From an uncultured Gemmatimonadales bacterium (GTDB lineage: Bacteria > Gemmatimonadota > Gemmatimonadetes > Gemmatimonadales > Gemmatimonadaceae), in assembly GCA_963707505.1 (NCBI GenBank), contig CAVPQB010000006.1, positions 576,001-640,000 on the forward strand: 64,000 nt of DNA. Direction: 5' to 3'. Shown here piece by piece: positions 1 through 7,037 of the stretch. The first letter of the stretch is position 1. Each line of letters opens with the position of its first letter. The translations under genes and the position numbers were made by a program. The notes under the pieces were generated by a model, which was given only the letters and a program-made list of their open reading frames with translations, had not been told where the DNA came from and made no database searches.

Positions 1-50
1 GTGGCTGGATAGTCTTATGTACGCTATAGTACATAAGACTATCCAGCCAC
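1..50. repeat. Perfect 22-bp inverted repeat (hairpin), possibly truncated by the window edge
   Basis: gtggctggatagtcttatgtac (1-22), loop gctata, gtacataagactatccagccac (29-50). Confidence 0.9.
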
Positions 51-151
51 GGTAAATAGAATGCACAAGCGAGCGCCTGGGGCAGGATAATTTGACGAAT
101 TCTGAGCGAGCTTGTGAGGTGATAGCGGTGCGTGCTGGTTGAGCAGGGTCC

Positions 152-874
152 ATGTCTGGCACACTACTTACAGCTTACCCGGGCGTGAACAGCCGACTTC
201 GACATGCAACGGTGACCATTGTTGCGTTGCTTTCCTTCACCGCTTGCCACGGCCACTCGCCCGACTCCGGTGGTGACGTCGCGCTCGCGCGTGACCTCGC
301 CGAGGCTCAGCTGGCCGGCTCGTCTGCGAGCGCGGGCGGCCGCGTCGCGTCGGACTCGGGAGATGGCGCCAGCAACTCGGACGCAGGCGATCCGCCAGCC
401 GTTGCAGCTCCCCGTACAGGCGCGGTTACAGCGTCGGTTGCGGCCCGTGGTGCCGTCGGAAACGCCGTGACACATGCTGCATCGTCGCGCAAAGCTCCAG
501 ATCGCGCACGCAAACCAGCGAAACGACCACCAGCCGATCCTTGCGCATCATCCGAGTCGCAGGATCAGAACAGCTGCCTCTCGCTAAGCGCTCATCGCTC
601 CACTGCGCGACTCGACTCGATCTATCGGCTGATTGTGAAAGCAGTGCGCAAGCAGCAGCGTGTTCCTGCTGGTGCGGCAGATCCCCCGTATGCCGCCACG
701 CTCGGTCAGGCAGAGAAGACGTGGATGGCGTGGCGCGACTCGGAATGTGAGCGAGTCACCCGCGGCAAGGGCGGTGATCAGTGGGCCGTGCCGCGCGCCA
801 GGTGTCTTGCGACTCTGACTGATGAGCGCGCGGCCGAGTTGGCTCAGATACTGGGGAAGGCACGGAAGCACTGA
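152..874 (+). CDS. Lipoprotein with C-terminal LprI/DUF1311-like (lysozyme inhibitor family) domain
   Basis: Lipobox-like FTAC; low-complexity linker; C-terminal C...C...L..AEKTWMAWRDSEC...RCLA.LT.ERA pattern typical of DUF1311; start could be GTG 185. Confidence 0.7.
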   Translation: MSGTLLTAYPGVNSRLRHATVTIVALLSFTACHGHSPDSGGDVALARDLAEAQLAGSSASAGGRVASDSGDGASNSDAGDPPAVAAPRTGAVTASVAARGAVGNAVTHAASSRKAPDRARKPAKRPPADPCASSESQDQNSCLSLSAHRSTARLDSIYRLIVKAVRKQQRVPAGAADPPYAATLGQAEKTWMAWRDSECERVTRGKGGDQWAVPRARCLATLTDERAAELAQILGKARKH

Positions 875-889
875 TGCAACGTGCTCACC

Positions 890-1475
890 CTACTTTGTCC
901 CGTCCTTGACAGCTTGCGCCACGGCTGCGGCCAGCTGATTTCCGATACCAGCGTTGACGGTGCACGGTGCCGGGTCACCGGACGTGCCGCCGGCTTTTGC
1001 TGACGCACTCGCAACGCTCGCGACTGCGCTACCCTTGTCCGTTCCGCGCAGTGCGGTCGTCACCTGTATCGTCACGTCGTATCGCGAGGCGTTCGGAATC
1101 CCGGCAATATCGCCGCACTCGATCAGTGACGTGAGCGGCTTGCCACCGAAGTCGCTGTGCGAGCGATCACGCTCTCCAGCGATGACGTGCGTCGTGGAAT
1201 CGTACTTAGTGATTCGCAAACCCAGCTTGCTGTACGCGATTGGTAGATATTGCCATGTACTTGTGGCTGGTGCCTCGATATCATGCCACGCAAGCGGGGT
1301 CGGAGAGTTCGGAATGAAATCGACGCTCGTTCCGCCCATCTGAACCTGTTTGACGTCGGTCGTCTGCCCAAGGTTGCTCGATGTGCCAGCGCCGCCACTT
1401 GCGCAGGCTACACAGGCTAGCACAGGCTACACACGCTGCCAGGGTGAGCGCACCCATTGTCGCAGACGATTTCAT
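890..1475 (-). pseudogene. Hypothetical lipoprotein; RBS+ATG signal peptide (1475) is out of frame with the body ORF (890-1423)
   Basis: GGAGGT precedes ATG 1475 (MKSSATMGALTLAACVAC); an imperfect 19-nt tandem duplication at 1399-1436 shifts the frame. Confidence 0.55.
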
Positions 1476-1655
1476 GCTTACCTCCGATAGGCGATTTTCT
1501 CGAGGGCGGCTGCACGCGCGGCCGCTCATCCCAGAGAAGCTATAGCGCACAGGCTAGCGGCGACAGTTGTTCCTGGCGGATACCTTTACAGGCGGGTACC
1601 AGACGGTGCCCCTGAGAATTGCCAACATCCGCCATGGACAAACCGTAAGCTTGCT

Positions 1656-2597
1656 ATGTTGACCCCATATGCTCTTCTGCAGGCCGCCGAGACTCATATA
1701 ACGGCCTCGGATCTCGCCACTGAATACGCCGGCTTTCTGGCGTACTTCGGCATATTCGGAGCCCTCGGCTTCCGATGGCTCGTGCTGCATCGAACCAAGG
1801 CACGCCAGCCGGAGATCGGCGCAACCGGGGGTCCCGTTGCGCTGTCGCTGCAGTCGGCGGAGATCGGCGCGGCGCGCATCGGGATGATCGGTGCGTTTTT
1901 CATGTTGCTCAATCTGTTGATGGCCCTTTCGGCCCGAGCCTCCGACAAGGGAATATCCTTCGGGAGCGCAATTGCGGCCGGCGGCGGACGGACGGTCGCT
2001 GCCTTCCTGTTCTTTGTTGTATTTCTCCTGTCGTTCGCAGCTGCGATCAAGCGTGTGCGTGCAGCGTGGATCATTGCAGCGCTAGCCGGCATCATATACG
2101 CGTTGCAGAACATCAGGTCGGGCAAGTGGACGTCACTCGTCAATCCGCTGCACGAAGTGGCGGCATCGCTGTGGATCGGCACACTGTTCGTGGTAGTGGT
2201 TGCGGGACTCCCCGCGATTCTTCGCAGCACGCTCTCGTCCGAGCGGCGCGGCGCGCTGGTCGCGGATCTCATCGGCGACTTCTCGCCAGTCGCGATCGGT
2301 GCCTCGTTGCTGCTTGTGATCACAGGTGTCACCACAGCGTGGCGCCATCTCAAATTCGTAGCCGCGTTGTGGACCACACCGTACGGCTACGCGCTCGACG
2401 TCAAGCTCGTGCTGGTTGCAACGGTCGTCGCGCTCGGTGCGTGGAACTGGCGACGCATGCGTCCGCGTCTCGGTGCGGAAGACGCCGCGCATGAGATACG
2501 ACGCAGCGCAAAGGCGGAATTGTTCTTTGCGTCGCTCGTGCTGGTCGTGACGGGCATACTCGTAAGTCTGCCGGCACCACGTCTTCCGCACCCGTAG
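1656..2597 (+). CDS. CopD family copper resistance membrane protein
   Basis: Multi-TM; LHEVAASLWIG, FS..A, LWTTPYGYALDVKL motifs of CopD. Confidence 0.75.
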   Translation: MLTPYALLQAAETHITASDLATEYAGFLAYFGIFGALGFRWLVLHRTKARQPEIGATGGPVALSLQSAEIGAARIGMIGAFFMLLNLLMALSARASDKGISFGSAIAAGGGRTVAAFLFFVVFLLSFAAAIKRVRAAWIIAALAGIIYALQNIRSGKWTSLVNPLHEVAASLWIGTLFVVVVAGLPAILRSTLSSERRGALVADLIGDFSPVAIGASLLLVITGVTTAWRHLKFVAALWTTPYGYALDVKLVLVATVVALGAWNWRRMRPRLGAEDAAHEIRRSAKAELFFASLVLVVTGILVSLPAPRLPHP

Positions 2598-2614
2598 CTA
2601 CAGTTCGGCATAAC

Positions 2615-3958
2615 TCACGACGAAATCGTTTCGCTCGGCGCTGCAGGCTTTTGGCTCAGCGGTGACGTGAGTATACCGCGCCTCTCGTAGATCGGGTGCA
2701 TCACCGCGCGCAGCTTGGGGAGGCGCGACGCGAACCATATTCCGGCCGCGACCGAGGCTGCGCCGCCGAACAGGATCGTGTACTCAGATCCGATCCGCGC
2801 GGCGACCGCTCCGGCCAGGAGACTGCCGATCGGCGCCGTGCCCAGGAATGCCATGACGTAGAACGCCATGACGCGCCCGCGTAGACGCTCCTCGACGATC
2901 GTCTGGATGATGGTGTTGATCGATGCCATCTGCACCATGAACCCTGCTCCCACGATCGGCAGTATCGCGAGCGACAGCCACAGTTGACGCGATAGCGCGA
3001 ACCCGATGAGTCCGAGTCCGAACGTGACGGTTGCCATGGCGCTCACGTCCTCGAGTCCTATTACCGACAGTCTCGATGCGAGATACAGCGCGCCGATGAG
3101 CGCGCCAACACCGGACGCGGTCATGAGGAAGCCCAGCGTGTGCGCGCCGCCATGCAGGGTTTGCGTTGCGATTGCTGGCATGAGCACGGTGTACGGCATG
3201 CTCATCGTGCTCACGATCGCGAGCAGTATCAGCGCGGTGCGGATTGGCAGCGAGCCCCTGATGTATTGCAGTCCTGTACGAAACTCCTCCGTCACGCGCG
3301 TGGTTATCGGCTCACGCTCCGCGCGCGTGACGTGCATCGCCAGCAGTGAAGCGATCACCGCGATGTAGGAGATCGCATCGAGCATGAAGCACCAGCCCTC
3401 GCCAGCCAGCGCGATGATCATTCCACCGATCGACGGCCCCACGATGCGACTTGCGTTCACCATCGTCGAATTGAGCGCGATCGCGTTCGATAGATAGTTT
3501 CTGTCTTCCACCATCTCGACGACGAACGCCTGGCGCGCGGGAGTGTCGAACGCGTTGATGCTTCCCTGTACCAGCTGAAGAATCAGGATCTCGGTGACCG
3601 TGATCACTCCGGCGAATGCAAGCACAGCGAGCGCGAGTGATTGCAGCATCGACAGAACCTGCGTCACTACCAGCACCGTATGACGGTTCCATCTGTCGAT
3701 CAGCACACCGCTGAACGGCGTGAGAATCAGCGTCGGTATCTGACTGCAGAAGCCAACGACGCCGAGCAGGAATGCGGAGCCGGTGAGACGATATACCAGC
3801 CAGCTCGTCGCGATTCGTGTTATCCATGTTCCGACGAGCGACACGCTCTGGCCGCCGAAGAACAGGCGGTAATTGCGGCTGCTGAGTGCGCGGCCGATGC
3901 TGGGTCGGCGGGAAGTCGGTGTTGGTGCGGGGATGGGTGCGGGGATGGGTGCGGTCAT
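2615..3958 (-). CDS. MFS transporter (MFS_3/DHA3-like)
   Basis: RNYRLFFGGQSVSLVGTW N-terminus, GVLIDRWNRH motif A, about 12 TM segments. Confidence 0.9.
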   Translation of the reverse strand: MTAPIPAPIPAPTPTSRRPSIGRALSSRNYRLFFGGQSVSLVGTWITRIATSWLVYRLTGSAFLLGVVGFCSQIPTLILTPFSGVLIDRWNRHTVLVVTQVLSMLQSLALAVLAFAGVITVTEILILQLVQGSINAFDTPARQAFVVEMVEDRNYLSNAIALNSTMVNASRIVGPSIGGMIIALAGEGWCFMLDAISYIAVIASLLAMHVTRAEREPITTRVTEEFRTGLQYIRGSLPIRTALILLAIVSTMSMPYTVLMPAIATQTLHGGAHTLGFLMTASGVGALIGALYLASRLSVIGLEDVSAMATVTFGLGLIGFALSRQLWLSLAILPIVGAGFMVQMASINTIIQTIVEERLRGRVMAFYVMAFLGTAPIGSLLAGAVAARIGSEYTILFGGAASVAAGIWFASRLPKLRAVMHPIYERRGILTSPLSQKPAAPSETISS

Positions 3959-4035
3959 CTTTTCATGCCGCAGGTCGGTAATTCAAGGAGCACGCCGCGC
4001 CGGCTTTCCGCAGCCTGTGTCAGATGTGACCCGAA

Positions 4036-4392
4036 TCAGTGTTCGTCGGCGCCGGCAGGTACGTTGGCTGCCATGTCGGCCGGCTGGATCCATTCATTGG
4101 CCCAGTTGCCGATCGCGACGATCGCCGTTTCGAGTGCGCGGCCCTTATCCGTCAGCTCGTATTCGATGCGCACCGGCGTTGTGGGGAACACGTTCCGTTT
4201 CACCACACCCTCCGTTTCGAGTTCCCGTAATCGTTCGGCGAGCATGCGATCGCTGATGTCGGGGACGTTCTCCCGGATTTCGTGATATCTGGCCTTGCCG
4301 GCGAGCATCGCGCTGATGATCGCGCCCGTCCAGCGGCGACCAATCAGCTCGACCGCCTTGTGATACCTGGGGCAAACCGATTCCTGGCTCAT
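4036..4392 (-). CDS. HxlR family winged-helix transcriptional regulator
   Basis: N-terminal CP, ELIGRRW, ISDRMLAERLRELE, PVRIEYELTDKG. Confidence 0.92.
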   Translation of the reverse strand: MSQESVCPRYHKAVELIGRRWTGAIISAMLAGKARYHEIRENVPDISDRMLAERLRELETEGVVKRNVFPTTPVRIEYELTDKGRALETAIVAIGNWANEWIQPADMAANVPAGADEH

Positions 4393-4420
4393 ATACTGTA
4401 TGTAAGGATGGATACGGGCA

Positions 4421-4459
4421 TTGACAATAGTTACTTATCTAAATATAGTGACTTATCTA
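4421..4459 (+). promoter_or_regulatory. sigma70 promoter for yceI overlapped by a direct repeat (candidate HxlR operator)
   Basis: TTGACA (4421-4426)-17 nt-TATAGT (4444-4449); atagttacttatcta (4427-4441) and atagtgacttatcta (4445-4459). Confidence 0.7.
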
Positions 4460-4517
4460 GAGTTACCTACCTGACTCTATGACCGGACTGTTCTAACCCC
4501 CTTGTCGGAGACTTTTG

Positions 4518-5093
4518 ATGTTTGCAACTACAAAAGATGACGCCGGATCTACTGCGGCCAAGCTGGCCGGTACGTGGAAGATCGATCCTGCGCATTCGGG
4601 AGTCGAGTTCGTCGTCACTCACCTCATGATATCGAAGGTCCGGGGTCGGTTTTCGGACATTTCCGGGTCTGTCGTGACCGACGGCACGCCGGAGGGATCG
4701 CGGATCGAGGCGGAGATCGGCACGGCCAGCATCACGACCAATGATGCGGGGCGAGACACGCATCTTCGGTCGGGGGACTTCTTTGATGTGGAGAAATTTC
4801 CGAAGATCCGGTTCGTAAGCACCGCCGTGAAGCCGACCGGGGACAACGAGTTCGTGGTAACGGGGGATCTGACGATCCGCGGCGTTACGCGCCAGGTCGA
4901 GATGAAGGTTACCAGCGAGGGGTCCACGAAGGACCCGTGGGGTAACGACAGGGCCGGATTCAGCGGGTCGCTCAAGATAGACAGGCGCGACTTTGGCCTC
5001 ATCTGGAATCAGGCGCTGGAGGCTGGCGGGGTCATGGTATCGAACGACGTGAGGCTGACGATAGACGTCGAGCTCACGCATGCGCCGCAATAG
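4518..5093 (+). CDS. YceI family polyisoprenoid-binding protein
   Basis: WKIDPAHS, RDTHLRSGDFFD, GDLTIRGVT, DPWGNDRAGF, IDRRDFG. Confidence 0.93.
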   Translation: MFATTKDDAGSTAAKLAGTWKIDPAHSGVEFVVTHLMISKVRGRFSDISGSVVTDGTPEGSRIEAEIGTASITTNDAGRDTHLRSGDFFDVEKFPKIRFVSTAVKPTGDNEFVVTGDLTIRGVTRQVEMKVTSEGSTKDPWGNDRAGFSGSLKIDRRDFGLIWNQALEAGGVMVSNDVRLTIDVELTHAPQ

Positions 5094-5175
5094 AGTCGCT
5101 ATGTAGCACGGATTTTGCCCCCTTTCTGGTTCGCGAGGCCAATACGGCAGACAGCGAACCAGAGAGGTGGTAATC

Positions 5176-5799
5176 ATGGTACGTGGGACCAGAAGCAGCG
5201 CATTTGCGGTCGCGCTCTGCGCGGTGACGATGCTCGGAGCCTGCAAGAAGGGGAATGAGGCGACCGATACGACCATGGCCGGCGCCGGCACCACAGACAC
5301 GTCGATGGCTGCCGGCACGGGATCGAGCACGTCGATGAAAGCGCCAGCCGCGACCATGACGGACGCGCAGATCTTCGCGATGTTGGCGGCAGCCAACCGG
5401 GGCGAGATCGACGCCGGCAAGATGGCGTCGACCAAGGCGACCAATGCATCGGTCAGGTCGTTCGCGCGCGATATGGTGACGGCGCATACCAAGATGCTGA
5501 ACGATGGCAACGCGCTGGCCAAGAAACTCAACATCACGCCTGACACGACGGCGGCCGATTCCATCAACGCGATGAATCAGTCCACTGCGGCGACGCTGTC
5601 GTCAACGGCGAAGGGTGCGGCGTTCGATTCGGCGTACGTGAACGCGCAGGTAGCGGGGCACGAGTACGTGCTCGACATGATCAAGCGCGCGGAAGGGCAG
5701 GCGCAGAACGCGGACCTCAAATCAGCTCTGACGTCGGCGGAGCCCCAGGTTCAGCAGCACCTGGACCGAATCAAGGACATTCAGAGCAAGCTGAAATAG
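5176..5799 (+). CDS. DUF4142 domain lipoprotein
   Basis: Lipobox LGAC; EIDAGKMA...VRSFARDMVTAH; FDSAYVNAQVAGH. Confidence 0.85.
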   Translation: MVRGTRSSAFAVALCAVTMLGACKKGNEATDTTMAGAGTTDTSMAAGTGSSTSMKAPAATMTDAQIFAMLAAANRGEIDAGKMASTKATNASVRSFARDMVTAHTKMLNDGNALAKKLNITPDTTAADSINAMNQSTAATLSSTAKGAAFDSAYVNAQVAGHEYVLDMIKRAEGQAQNADLKSALTSAEPQVQQHLDRIKDIQSKLK

Positions 5800-5839
5800 C
5801 ACCTCGCGGGCGCGACATCGATCGCGTATTTCTGGACGG

Positions 5840-5871
5840 AGTGGAGCGTCGCTCGAGAGCGACGCTCCACT
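5840..5871. repeat. Perfect hairpin downstream of the DUF4142 gene (terminator-like or REP-like)
   Basis: agtggagcgtcgctc-ga-gagcgacgctccact. Confidence 0.7.
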
Positions 5872-5998
5872 ATCTGGTCGCCGCGATGCGGGCGACGCAG
5901 ACGACGGAGTTGCAGTATCTGATCCAGCGAACGGCGCCGGTGTTTCTGAACGACATGGACCGCGCACAGGTGCTCAGGGGAAAACTCTGAGAGTTTAG

Positions 5999-7002
5999 GG
6001 GGTCAGGTCTTGCCCCGTGCGCCGCACCCAGTCGTTGCAGGTTTTCGCTACACGTGGCGTGGATATCACCGCGCACGCAATGGGCCATCGGCGACATCGT
6101 GATGGTCATGTCCAGACCATTGCGTCTTCAATTTCCCGGCGCTCTCTATCACATCACATCGCGTGGAGACGGCCGGGAGCCGATATACCTCGACGACAGC
6201 GATCGAACCGAGTTCCTCGCGATCCTGTCGCGCGTCAGCGAGCGGTACGGTTGGTCATGCCACAGTTACTGTCTCATGACCAACCACTATCACCTACTGA
6301 TGGAAACGCACGCGGCCACTCTTGCGCGCGGCATGCGGGACCTGAACGGTGTGTATACGCAGCGCTTCAACCGTGCACATGGGCGCGTCGGCCACGTGTA
6401 CCAGGGGCGCTACTCAGCCGTCCTCGTGCAGAAGGAGCGGCATCTTCTCGAGGTACTGCGATACATCGTGTTGAATCCGGTGCGTGCGCAGATGGTGTCC
6501 GATGCCGCGGACTGGCCCTGGAGCAGCTATCGCGCGGCGCTTGGCCTGGTATCGTCGCCGCCATGGCTACTGACGGATCGACTTGCTGCGATCTTCGGCA
6601 ACGGTGCAGAGGGAAGGCGCCAGTTCACACGTTTTGTGGAGGATGGTGTGGGCGGCCCATCCTGCTGGCGGAATCTCAAAGGTCAGATCTATCTCGGAGA
6701 TCCGGGCTTCGTCTCGGAAGCGCAGGGGCGTATCGCTGCCGACGCACCCGGCATGAGCGAAGTACCTGAGGTGCAGCGACGTCGTCGCCATGCGCCGAGC
6801 GAGCGATGGGAAGAGCATTACCCCGTGTACCGCAACCGGGCAGACCGGGACCGGGCGATCGTTGATGCGTTCACGGATGTGTCGATGAGTGGCGGCAACA
6901 CCATGCGCGCAATTGCGGAACACTTTGGTATCCATTACTCGCGCGTGAGCCGGATCATAAGCAACGCAGAGCGAGCGCGCGCACGGGGCAAGACCTGACC
7001 CC
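5999..7002 (+). mobile_element. RAYT element bounded by perfect 24-bp terminal inverted repeats
   Basis: ggggtcaggtcttgccccgtgcgc (5999-6022) and gcgcacggggcaagacctgacccc (6979-7002) enclose the transposase; its stop codon lies inside the right repeat. Confidence 0.85.
6108..6998 (+). CDS. REP-associated tyrosine transposase (RAYT/TnpA-REP, HUH Y1) with C-terminal HTH
   Basis: MSRPLR..PGALYHITSRG, CLMTNHYHLL (HUH), YIVLNPVRA, WPWSSY; C-terminal MRAIAEHFGIHYSRVSRII. Confidence 0.92.
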   Translation: MSRPLRLQFPGALYHITSRGDGREPIYLDDSDRTEFLAILSRVSERYGWSCHSYCLMTNHYHLLMETHAATLARGMRDLNGVYTQRFNRAHGRVGHVYQGRYSAVLVQKERHLLEVLRYIVLNPVRAQMVSDAADWPWSSYRAALGLVSSPPWLLTDRLAAIFGNGAEGRRQFTRFVEDGVGGPSCWRNLKGQIYLGDPGFVSEAQGRIAADAPGMSEVPEVQRRRRHAPSERWEEHYPVYRNRADRDRAIVDAFTDVSMSGGNTMRAIAEHFGIHYSRVSRIISNAERARARGKT

Positions 7003-7037
7003 GCTACTCTATGCACCCCGCCAGGGACTCCATATGA

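Noticed and set aside
4467..5567. 366-aa minus-strand ORF across yceI and DUF4142
   Set aside because: Antisense shadow ORF without motifs
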